This document shows positions 23,951 to 35,466 of a stretch of DNA of 35,535 nt, in pieces. Under the pieces are notes generated by a model that saw only the letters and a list, made by a program, of their open reading frames with translations, was not told the DNA's origin and searched no databases. A program made the position numbers and the translations under genes. The stretch comes from Jimgerdemannia flammicorona (Eukaryota): contig RBNJ01000249.1 in the NCBI GenBank assembly GCA_003990765.1, positions 1 through 35,535 on the forward strand, written 5' to 3'. How positions within the stretch are numbered: the stretch's first letter is position 1; the number at the start of each line of letters is the position of its first letter.

Positions 23951-24953
23951 ATCTGAGTTGATCCGAATGGCTTTGGATTTGAGATTCAAATCAAACCATT
24001 ATGTGACAAATCGAATCCGGATTTGATTCGAATTGACTCGTTCGGAGTACTAAACAATAGTATATTTATATTTCCTATCACTGATAGAGGTAGAGATATA
24101 TGGTAGATCTGCAAAAATAGCAGATTTCTCTTCTAGAATATCCTTAATTACCTCATAATATTGTAGAGGTTCTTCTATCTCAGTACTAGAGTTTTTGTAA
24201 GATATCTGATATTTGATAATTTTAGAATAGATTCTCTTAAATTTAGACTATGTAATAGCAGTAGTGAGACTATCTGTAGTATGAGAAAGAAGGTCTGCTC
24301 ACATTCTCTCAACCACCTTACTTTATATATTTAACTGTCTGTTATAATCTTTAAAATCATCTACAAGCTCAAGCTATAACTTGAGTATTGTGGACTATAT
24401 ATCTACCAAAAATAGGATCTCTCTTTCTTTTTTAATACTAGTAATATAAAGGTAGAGGAGGAGATTTTATATACTTATAGTTGCTTATATAGAGTAGTTG
24501 ATAGTATGATAATAAGGACAGTATGTATTAACTCTGCTATAGTATAGTTAGTTTGTAGTACAGTTAGTTGAGTTTGGTGAAGTTCTCACAAAATCTCTGA
24601 AGTTTATACCCCCTTTTCAGAGATTTCCAGTTACTTTCCTCAAGCTGGATATCTGACTACAGTTATTCAGTGAGAGTGAAAATTCTGAGAACTTTGAAAT
24701 TTCTTCTTGAAAATTCCCACTAAGCCACATATCTGACTATATCCACTCTCTCAATTTTGTCACTCTCATAAAAGAGAAAGCAGGTTTGTCTTTATCTTCT
24801 AATTGTCTCTTGCTTTCTCTTTCTATATAGGCGTATCCAAAGACTGTTTAGACTTCTAATAAAGCTATGAATTACCCAATACCAGTAAGCTATAAAATAT
24901 TGGTTCACTTACTAAGAGTATATATATACCAAACTAATTTCCCTATAATATTA

Positions 24954-24985
<32 letters not shown>

Positions 24986-26222
24986 TCTTTACCTTACTAT
25001 CTTAACTTATATAAGATAAAAATCCTATTTTATATTAATTGCTCTAGAATATTGATCTGGTCTTAGTACAAATTATAGTAGTATATAGGAATACTTTACT
25101 TATATATAATATAAGGATGTCCTATATTAGGCTATAGATCATTATTAAAATTGGGCTCAGCCAAAGGTTTAAGGATTTTTGACATTTGATGTAAAGGTGA
25201 TTAAAATAGCCAGTCTCAACTATACTTTGCTATTTTCTGATAGAATAAAGTATTCTATTTAGTGAGAATTTATATTGATAGTAAAGCAGACCTTAAAGAG
25301 TATTTCATCATTATGGATATTAAATCATAAACTGCTAAATTTGGAGAAAATTATAATATAATTGACTATATGAACTTTTAGTTTTATAAAATAGTAGCTA
25401 ATAAATTAATTGAGTAGTATAAAAATTACTAATATCTATATTAAATATTGGATTTAATACAGCTATCAAGAGGTTTAAGAAACTCTTAACTTATCTTATA
25501 TCTTTAACTTCTTCAACTCTCTAATACTAATTTTAATATCTTATTATATTATAAATAATATATATCTGTCTACTTTTCTTTTAACTTCTTTCAGAGCTAA
25601 TAACACTTTTATTACTTTTTAATTCTGAATTTACTTTTAGTAAAATGTTTCTAAAATACTATTTAATAGATTAATATAAGTACATAACTAACTTATATAT
25701 ATTTATAAAAAATATAATAATAAAAAACTAAGTAGTAGGTGAAAAAAATAATAATAATACTCTATAGTAGTAAATTTTACTCTTATCTAATCTTAATATT
25801 ATAATAAGAATATAATAAAAAATTACACCCCAATATTGCAATAATGATATTACTAAGTATAATATTATTAGATTTATTTATTAATAAGATTAAATTCTAA
25901 AAAAAAACTCAATAATATATATTAATAAGATTATAGTAATTCTGTATTAATTTTAGCTTATAATGTTATAGTAGTTATACTAGTTGTTATATTAGTTTAG
26001 TATATAATTATATCTTAAAAATAAATTAATAGTACTAATGATATTATAGTCTATAATCTCAATAATATTATAGATTAAAATAGTCTACTTTATAAATAAA
26101 TATAAAGATTGTAATTAGTTCAAAAAAATATTTAGCCAAAGATCAAATAAAATTTAACTTAAGAATCTACTCTTTAAAATAAACTAAATATAAATAAAAT
26201 TATATTCTCTCTCTTTAAATAT

Positions 26223-26688
26223 TGTGATGGCTGATCTGAATTAGTAACATGAAACAGAGGAATTAGACATTTGATTACAGTACCTGAATCTGATTCCCAA
26301 TATAGCTTAGCCTCATAAATAGTAGCCATATTTCACAAAGTGCAGAAACTTTAACATTTGCAAAGATTTAGGAGATGTTAGAATCTTCACAATCAGTAAA
26401 ATCTTAGCAGATGTTAAAAGATTCAACACTTGCGAAATGAGCCATTACTTAGCTACCTTATAGTTAACAAAACTTGTATAAATAACTCAATATCTTAGAG
26501 TGAATAAACCTCAGATCAAAATAGTTCAAAAGCAAAGAGATAGTAAAGGAACTAGTAAGCCTATGGGCAGATACACTTTGAACTCATCCACCCCTGCATC
26601 CCAAGGACTCCAAGGAGTCAGAGAAGATCAAGTATTCAAGATACAGAAATCTGACATACTTTCAAGAATAAGCATCTACTACATTACA
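26223..26688 (+). repeat. Putative 5' LTR of the Gypsy element
   Basis: TG at 26223 after an AT-rich flank, TATAAATA at ~26477, CA at 26687-88, then TAGTGTC (probably an eroded TGGTGTC primer-binding site) just before gag. The 3' end resembles the inverted sequence at 35027. Confidence 0.6.
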
Positions 26689-28902
26689 ACTTAGTGTCTA
26701 TTGGCTGGTGATTCAAGATGAATCCCTCACTTTTAAGCTGAATAATAAACAACTGCCACTATCTGAGCAACTATACAAACTGAGCCACAATACTCAGACA
26801 AAATGGATATGAGACCACCAGTATTCCATGAGTATACCTCAGATGAATCAATCATTATCTTCATTGATGATTTCAAGCAGTATGCTGCTGTAAGGACCCT
26901 GACAGCAGTACAGCAAGTAGCCCTCATGTCTTTCAGCCTACAAGGTCCTGCCAGAGCAGCATTCACAGCTGCAACCCATACAGGAAATGATGCTGATGCT
27001 ATACTGACAGCACAGAAGACCTGGCTCCAAAATATATATTATACCGATGAGATCAAGCAAGCCCTAAAGGATCAGCTCAACACAATATACCAAGGAATGA
27101 GTGAGGATCCAAACACATTCTATACCAGAATTCAATATCAGATAATCCTTGTGGATTATGCTGCTGCTATCTGAGATTAAGTAGCTGAAACAACCTTCAT
27201 GAAAAGAGTTCACCCAGAGATAGCCATGGCCATCTATTCATCATCAGTAGTCTTGGATCTACCACAGAAGGTCACCTATGCTCAGTAATATTGGACAGCC
27301 AGACACCCACAAGACTATATAATAGAAAGAGTCACAGGAGTCAGAATCGAAACACCTAAGGCAACCAGTGTGATCTCTACTACAATGATCAATCGAAACA
27401 CCTAAGGCAACTAGTGTGATCCCTACTACAATGATCAATAAAAACACACCTCAGCCAAAAACTACAGAGTAGCAAAAGAACAGTGACCCTATGGAGGAAC
27501 TTGTCAAGAGGTTCACTGAAATAACTGCCCACCTGGGAGATATGGTAAAAGAAATCCAAGGAAGAAACTGCTGCCCAGTTCAGAAGTTTGTTGTCATCTC
27601 AGATAAGAAGAAAGGTACCTACTATACCTGTAGAGAAGAAGGCCACTACTCCTATGAATGTATGAGCGAAACCAAGTGCAAGACTCAACCAAGCAATGCT
27701 ATATGAAACAGGGAGCAGGCCAATACAATTACCTTTGAGGAAATTAGAGATTCTGATGAAGAAGAATAGGAGGCCTATTCTGCTCAGACTACTAAGAAGG
27801 ATGTTCACAAGGAACCCTACAAGAGACCACCAGGAAGACCCAAGAAGAACCCAGTAGAAAAGCAGATAGAAACAGCTACTGAAAGCCAAGCTGAAGAGAT
27901 AGACCAAGATATGGAACTGGAGCAAGTAGTTTAAGATATTATCTAAGGAACTACCCCAGCCAGCAAAGGAGAAAAAGAAAAGAAACTTTGTAAGACCAAG
28001 ACTTTCAAGTATGATATCTTCAAGGATCTTAGCCAACAAAAGGTCAATGTAACCTTTGGTCAGCTCATAGAAATCCCAACATTCAGATAACAAATGAGTT
28101 TGGACTTGCTGAAACAACCAAGGAGCAAGGATGGAAGATAACCAAGGCCAATAACATTCAAGAGGACTCAGGAGAAGAAAGTGAAGATAATCACAAAACC
28201 TCTGCCTATATAACATACCAAATCAAAGATAGAGTCTTTGAAGCCATCATCGATACTGGAGCAGGAGGATATCTCCTCAGTAAGAAAGCAGCAGATTGCC
28301 TAGGCTGGGAAGTTGAAGAAGCAACCAAGTTGGTTTTTGTCACAGCAGATGGCATAAGAGTCACCTCTCTGGGAAAGATCCAAGAAGTCCCCATCAAGAT
28401 TAGAGGAGTAACCATCCCAGTAGATGTAATTGTAACCAATGTCACCAACTATGACATCCTCATCAGCAATCAATGGCTTCATAAAGCCAGAGCAGTAATT
28501 AATCTCAATGCCCAGAAGATGCAAATCACCTACCAGGGACAGAAGATATGAATTTCCATCAATGTCAACAAAGGAGTCTTGCCTGATATGGAGGAAGAAG
28601 AGAGCAAGCAAGAGGAAGCTTATATGGTGACTACTCTGAAGAAGAAAGTTGGACAGATGAGTGAAGAAGAATGGTATAAGAAGATCACAGAAGGCTATAT
28701 ACTACAAGGAGTCTGTTCTCATAGGATCAAGATGTACTGTATGGAGCATGTCAATAATTGCTACTAGTGTACCATCAGAATCAAGAAAATCCACTAGGAA
28801 AGAAGACAGAAAGCTCTCGAAAAATAGGTCAGAGAAGAGAAGGAGGAGGAAGATGATGAACCACCAGTCCTCCTAGAGGATAGTGATGATGAAGAAGAAA
28901 TT

Positions 28903-29330
28903 AAGGTCAAGATCCAAAGGACTCACCCTGATGCAGTCTTGCCAGAATACAAGTTGGAAAATGCAGCTGGAATGGACATTGCTACAGTAGAAGAAGCTAT
29001 ATTAGAACCCCAAACAACCACCCTACTTGCAACTGGACTGGAGATGACTATCCCAAAGAATTATGTCAGGATCCTCAAGATAAGAAGCAGCCTGGCCAGA
29101 AGCGAAATTATGATTGAAGGAGGAGTCATTGATTCTGACTATACTGGAGAAATCCTGCTCATTGCTAGGAATCACAATCCTACAATCCCATTTCCAGTCA
29201 AGAAGAAGGACCGATTGGCACAGATGTTGATCTTTCCAATCCTACAACCAAGGATCATAGAAGTCAAGAATTTGGAGGAAACAAAAAGAGGAAAGAAAGG
29301 ATTTGGATCCACAGGAAGAGGAGTATTCAC
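28903..29330 (+). other. dUTPase domain within Gypsy pol (between protease and RT)
   Basis: All five trimeric dUTPase motifs, with no stop codon: AAGMDI, IRSSLA, GGVIDSDYTGEI, RLAQMLI, RGKKGFGSTG. Confidence 0.9.
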
Positions 29331-31185
29331 CAGTACCAAGATCACTGAACTGGAGTATAAGAAGGAGGAAATTACAAACAAATACAGTTATATCATTGGA
29401 AATGAATTCCCACTCAAGGAGGAACTCAAGAAAATACTTCATGAATTCGAGGATGTCCTCACCATAGATTTCAAGGATATCAAGGGAAAGACCCCACACT
29501 ACTATTATGAGGTAGATATCAGAGACACCAAACCAATTTACCAGAAGGTAAAATCTGTCCCACCAGCCTACTGAGAATGGCTCAGAGAAGAAATCAAGTA
29601 GATGGAAGAAGCTGATATAATCAAAGAAGCCAGCAGCCCCTGGTCTTCACCAGTTATACTAGCTCTGAAAAAAGGAAGCAAATCTGGAGAATTTGCCCCA
29701 AAACTCTGTGTCAACTACAGAAAGCTCAATGCAGTTACCAAGAAGGATCGCCAACCACTACCCCTCATCAGTGACATCCTTATAACACTGGGAGATGAAG
29801 CACAGTACTACAGCACCTTGGACTTATACTCAGGATTCCACCAAATCGGACTCACAGAGATGGCAAGTGAAAATTCAGCCTTCATCACCCCAGATGGAAC
29901 CTACATCTACCTATGAATGCCATTCAGGATGTGCAATGCACCAGCAAGCTTTCAGCAAATTATGAACAAAATCTTCCACTATAACATAGGAAGATAGATA
30001 ATGGTCTATATCAATGATGTAATTATCTACAGCAAGACACCTGAGGAATACCTGCAGTACATACAGCAGATAATGAAAAGACTGAGAAAGCATGGCCTGT
30101 ATATCAAGCCCAAGAAATACAAATTTGCAGAAATCAAGATCTCCTATCTTGGTCATGTTATCAATCGAGATGGAATGCACATGAACCCCCTTAAGATACA
30201 AGTGATAGCAGCATATCTAAGGCCCATCACTGTTACAGAAGTCCAAGCCTTCATGGGACTTGCCTCTTACTATCACAGATTTGTCAGAGGATTCTCCAAT
30301 ATTGCAGGTCCAATCTATGAACTCAACAAGAAGAATACTAAATTCAACTGGACTGGTAGACAACAAAAAGCATTTGATGAACTCAAGGTCAGACTGACCC
30401 AGGCACCCATCCTCAGATGACCCAATTAGACCCAAGAGTTTATCCTTCAGACAGACACAAGTGTACAAGAACTAGGAGTGGTTCTAGCTTAAAAGGAAGA
30501 CAAAAAAGAGTATGTCATTGCATACCTAAGCTGAGGAATCTGAGGAGCTGAAAAAGAATATAAATCCTATAAGTTGGAATATCTCGCAGTCATCTGGGCT
30601 ATGGAAAAGTTCCACTACTATCTGGCTAGAAGACACTTCACCATTCAGATAGACCACTCAGCTCTCACCTGACTACTGACAACTGGACAACCCAAAGGAA
30701 TCTATACCAGATGGATAATGAAGTTACAAGCCTATAATATAACCACTGTATACTGCTCTGGAAGAACAAATTCCAATGCAGATGCTCTCTCACAGATACC
30801 TCAAAATACCTCCAACCAACAAATCAATTATGAATAAGGAGCTCTACTATGGAATTATTATATATCTGGGACAGCAAAAGATGCCCCAACATCTGGAAGA
30901 ATGGATGCAAACAATTATCAACAGAACATAGAAACAATTCAAAACTGATGGACAAATACTGAAGAAAGGAAAACTACTAGTCATATCAGAATACAAGAAG
31001 GAGCAAGCAATGAAATCAGTACATGAACTTGGCTATCTAGGAGGAATGAATACATATGATAAGGCAAGAAGAATGATATGGTGGCCAGGAATAGAGAAAG
31101 ATATCAGACAATTTGTCAAAACCTGCGACAAATGCCAGAAACAGAAATAAGACCAACAAAACCAAGCCCCAGGATCAGCACATAT

Positions 31186-31458
31186 CCCTTTGACTGTTTT
31201 GTACCTATATTTAGAGGTAAGATTTTAAAAGTTTATAACTTTTAAAATCATAATAGCTATTAAAAAAAAATTTACCAATAATTTTTTATATAATAATTCT
31301 ACCTTTGGTAAAAATTTTACAAAAAAAAAAAAATTTGTTTTTAAACAAATTGAGATATATTTTTAACAGAAAAACAATGTTTCAAAAAATCATTTTTTTC
31401 AAACTTTAATTTGTCTGCTAAATGATTTTAAAAGATGATCTTATCTATAGACAAAGGG
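31186..31458. mobile_element. 273-bp AT-rich non-autonomous (MITE-like) insertion in the Gypsy integrase
   Basis: Ends CCCTTTG...CAAAGGG flanked by AT (31184-85, 31459-60). Removing it with one AT restores the frame GSAH-IEPVPFAHIVMD. Confidence 0.75.
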
Positions 31459-32254
31459 ATAGAACCAGTACCATTTGCCCACATAGTAATGGATGTAATC
31501 AGTCCTCTACCCTTGACCCTGACTGGTAACCGATATATCATTGTCATTGTAGACCTTTTTATGAAGTGGATAGAAGCAGGACCTCTCAAGGAAGCCAATG
31601 TACAGTCAATCACCAATTTCTTCCACAAAGAAATCATCTACTGATTCAAGACCCCAATGTAAGTAACTACAGATAGAGGAACAGAATTTGTGAACCAGTT
31701 CTTTGAGGTTCTCTACAAGAAGTACAAGATCCAGCACATTTGGACTACAGCCTATCACTCTCAAGGAAACAGATAAGCAGAAAGGACCAACAAGACCCTC
31801 AAGAATGTTATTGCCAAGATCTGTGATAACTAAAAAACTTGCTGAATAATATAAGACAATCAATCTTCCTCTAAAAGAACTTATTTTAGATATTAGTATA
31901 TATTGGAACTCAGTATTTGTAATAATTGAATATATACTAAAGCTTACTATAGTAGATTACTAATAATAGTATTAAAGTATAGTATTAGACTTATTGACTA
32001 ATATTAATTTATTCAAACATAATTCAGATACTAGATTCTATAACTATTGCAGATAAAGAAATACAGAATATGGTAATTGAAGAGAGTGAGTGAGAGAAAT
32101 TAAGAAATGTCATTAAAGTTTTACAAGTAAGTAGAGAAGTATTTATTAGTATTTTTTTCAAATTTAGTATTACTTTGCTTATTTCTTTTATACTTTTACT
32201 CTTTATTTTACTTTAGCATTTTAATAAATATACAAAAAAAGTTGTTTAGTAAGT

Positions 32255-33075
32255 TTTCAATAATATATTCTGCAATTCCAGTATACAATCTCTTGATTGA
32301 TCAACTTGAGGACTTATTAGACTTATTGAAAAATAAGCATATATCTCTCTCAGGATAGAAGAAAGTCATTGAAGTAGCTCTGAAGAAGCTCAAAAAAATT
32401 ACTCAAAAACAGGTGCTTCTGTATTTTCTATTAGTACTGGTGAGATAAGTATTATCTTCTATAAATTAAAATAAGAGAGTTCACTTTTCTAATCATAATT
32501 TAGATATCTAATTAGTTTTAGATCTATGATTAAAGCTTCAATATTATAAAGATCAAGGCTGGAAAAAGCAATTTATTGAGAAGGCAGAGCAAATAATTAC
32601 CAATATATATTAAAAAAACTATATACCTCTACCAGACTCAGACTATGGTCTGGACAACTATGCTAATAATTCCATCATGTAGCATTTCTATAATAGAAAA
32701 AGAAAAAGAGAATCTTCAATAGATGAGCTTACAATATATCTGTATATTGACTGGATAGTCTTATTAGAGGGTACTGGTATATTAGATTAGTAGAAGGTGA
32801 GAATTCTAACAATTATCTCTATTGAATATTGTAGAATCTTTTCAAATTTTCAGCTTTAAAATTCTCTCTATTTTAAATTTACAGGTATGTCAGATAGACT
32901 TCTTCAATTTGAGTAATATAGTATAAGACTATTTAGCTATTTCTGCAATAAGCACACCAGTTGAAAGAATATTTTCAAGTGGTAAAAAACTTATTACACT
33001 AAAGAGATATTCTCTCAAAGCTGAGACTATTTAAGCATATATGTGTCTGAAATCTTAGTGGAGCTCTGTATCTTG
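32255..33075 (+). pseudogene. Heavily mutated 3' part of a second hAT transposase, related to that at 20944-21800, opposite orientation
   Basis: IPVYNLLIDQLED, LKLQYYKDQGW, RKRKRESSIDELTIYL, VLLEGT, DYLAISAISTPVERIFSSG, AETI*AYMCLKS*W match the first copy, with introns at equivalent positions. Confidence 0.85.
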
Positions 33076-33694
33076 ATTTTAGCTTATTGTAACTATATAG
33101 TGTCTAGTAGAAAATCTTTTGAAGAAGTTGAATTAGTTTAAGTTAATACTTTATTAATTATAAATATATTTTGAGTTCTATTTACCTAGAGTATAGATCA
33201 GAGAATTTATCAATTAGAGAATTTATCAGTCACTAAGATTACTTTTCCTTGGTAGCTCAGGGAATACAAGATAATACTGATATATTAAAGAAAAACTTTG
33301 AAATTCCAAAAGAAAATAAAGAATTGAGATTATAATTTCATAGCAATCGAAAAAGACTTAAATTAATAGTTTAAATAATTTAGTATTATTAGAATAGAGA
33401 ATAGTAGAAACTATTATAGATCATGTAATAGATGATTAGATGATGTCTTCAAATTCTGCCTAGTTAAAATAATCTGGTAATATCTATCTAATATTACAGA
33501 TTCTATATTATATTTAATACTGCTTAGTAAGTATTATGTAATATTATTTCTTAATCTTCCCCTAAACTAAATTATAGTATAATACTGCAGTAATTTTATT
33601 ATATTATACATATGCATTGAACAGCAAACATTTACAAAATCCAGATTCAACTTAAAGAAAAATATAAAATATTCATATAGAATACTTAATTAAT

Positions 33695-33696
<2 letters not shown>

Positions 33697-33727
<31 letters not shown>

Positions 33728-33764
33728 AAAAAATAAAAAAATAAAAAAATAAAAAAATAAAAAA

Positions 33765-33838
<74 letters not shown>
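33697..33838. repeat. Poly(A) / (A5-6T)n tract
   Basis: Directly visible. Other long homopolymers lie at 1-23 (A), 4048-4107 (T), 13703-13726 (A) and 24958-24983 (A). Confidence 0.9.
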
Positions 33839-33841
<3 letters not shown>

Positions 33842-35026
33842 ATTCAAAGCTTCAAAATATATTTATCAGTAAATAGAATAAGAGAATACCACTTTCCTCT
33901 CACATACTTATTAATAGCATATATCTCAATCTCTCTTATTATATACTATATCAACTAGATAACTAATTACTATCTGATATTTAGCTAGCAAAACCTTACT
34001 TCTATTAGTATAATGGCTAAAGACAACAATAGTTGCCAAGCTCTTTGGGTCTTCACTCTTATCTGAATTTTAGCTACCTCTGTTCAGGCTCACAAGATGT
34101 TAATATTATATAATACTATATCAGAATAGTTGTATCTGAAATTATAATGTCTCTAACTTATCATTATCTGGATATAGATCAATTTGAACATTGCAATACT
34201 ACTGAAAGATATCTGGAAAGTGGTACTGAAACAGTCCATATAGGTATTCAAAGAGTGATATAAGACTCTTCAGTAGCTGCTAAGTAAGTTTTTCTTATAT
34301 TTAATAATATAAGTAACAGAGATTACATAATAGCTTTAGTGGATTATTATATTACTTCTATAGTCTAAACTGGAAACTCATAAACCTCTCATTATTACAG
34401 TAATTGTAATATAGTTATAACTTGTTAATAATAATATATTCATTAACTATCTGATTTGCTATAATAATATATAAGAGAGATATCACCTGTTCAAATGTCT
34501 TCATATCAATTTGTCTTTTCTTATTAATCAAAGTTAGCTAATAGCTAGAATCAGACTGAATTTGTTATATACTTTCATAGTTCTTTGACATAGGATTTAT
34601 ATATATAGATCTCAACCTAAAATAATAACTAGTAGGAATGCATATACAATATAGAGTTTATATCTCACTCTAAAATAATAGCTAGTAGAAATATATATAT
34701 AGTATATCTTTTAATCTCTTTATTATTATTTTTTTCTTTATCTTTGGTTTAAAAATAAAATACATACCTTGGGTCTGTGCATCATATTCCCTCATCTTTG
34801 CCAACTATTTTGTATGTATTTCAACTTTTTTTTCAGTTGTGAGCTTCTTGGAAGTATTGACATAAAGGTGGTATTTAGGTATTAAGAGAAGATATCTCTC
34901 TTCTAGATAAGTAGGAGAAATGTCTATATAAGACTGTATTATCTTGCTCTCAAATAAGTAGAAGAAATATCTGTATAAGACTATATGTTATCTCACTCTC
35001 AGATAGGTGAAATAGTATATATATAT

Positions 35027-35466
35027 TGTCACGTAGTGGTTGCTGAGTCCTTCAAATACGCCAGATTCTCTTCAAGATGTATCTCTTAGACTAACTCAAG
35101 TTGTTATAAGCAAGTTCTTATTGGAGTGCCTTCCCAAGGTCTTATAGTCCTCAAACCTCTTATCTTTAACTATCTTGTTATCTCTTAGATTGCTTACAAG
35201 GAAGTATGTAAGTGAACTGGATAGAACTGACTTTATTTCAGAGGAAATAAGAGAGGTATTTATACAAAATATAATTCAATAGTTGCTAAGATATAAAGCT
35301 AAATATAAATTCCAATAACTAAAACTACTGAGTTCCAGGGCTGGCATTATTTAGTACCACATCAAAATACCGGTGCTGGAACAATTTCACGTCACCTCAG
35401 AATACTGATGCTGGCATTATCCAGTGTTACATGAGAATACCGGTGCTGGCATTATCCAGTGTAACA
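35027..35466 (-). mobile_element. Putative LTR (3' or solo) of a related Gypsy family, minus orientation; right limit uncertain
   Basis: Starts TGTCACGTAGT after a (TA)n flank. Its first 41 nt match the reverse complement of 26648-26688 at 29/41 (manual count). Minus-strand TATAAATA at ~35257-35264; internal TGCTGGCATTATCCAGTGT repeats. Confidence 0.55.

Larger units (their letters stand above)
17785..24052 (-). mobile_element. Full-length hAT DNA transposon (6,268 bp) with cargo gene
   Basis: 8-bp direct repeat AACAATAG at 17777-17784 and 24053-24060. TIR TAGTGCTCTGAAC (17785-17797) versus the reverse complement of 24040-24052, TAGTACTCCGAAC (11/13). Subterminal repeat arrays at both ends; internal hAT transposase. 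Confidence 0.92.
17100..24450 (-). pseudogene. Degenerate Harbinger Myb/SANT-like partner ORF, interrupted by the hAT insertion at 17785-24052
   Basis: Minus-strand translation of ~24410-24053 gives LKL*LELVDDFKDYNRQLNI*SKVVERM*...SKFKRIY...EEPLQYYEVIKDILEEK (trihelix Myb-like). It continues in frame across the TSD into TIVNEDGNDSSILTEVL (<17777). It is convergent with the Harbinger transposase. Outer limits are approximate. Confidence 0.6.
26223..31830 (+). mobile_element. Degenerate Ty3/Gypsy LTR retrotransposon (gag-PR-dUTPase-RT-RNaseH-INT), 3' truncated
   Basis: Gag (MRPPVFHE..; eroded knuckle YYTCREEGHYSYEC), protease AIIDTGA (~28241), dUTPase, RT (SPWSSPVIL, LCVNYRKLN, LDLYSGFHQI, MPF, YIND), RNase H (LQTDTS, NSNADALS), integrase (WWPG..CDKCQ, VIVDLFMKWIEA, TDRGTEF, AERTNKTLK). 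RT-RH-INT order; many stops. Confidence 0.92.

Noticed and set aside
23620..23989. CRISPR-like array, or the 94-aa ORF at 23705-23989
   Set aside because: Contiguous 14-bp units without unique spacers in a eukaryotic transposon end; the ORF is translated repeat.
15600..25250. Harbinger TIRs and TAA/TTA target duplication
   Set aside because: Searched near 15.6-15.8 kb and 24.9-25.2 kb; no convincing inverted pair, so element ends are not called.
28060..28140. Programmed -1 gag-pol frameshift
   Set aside because: The frame changes near here, but I see no slippery heptamer; an indel in a decayed copy is more likely.
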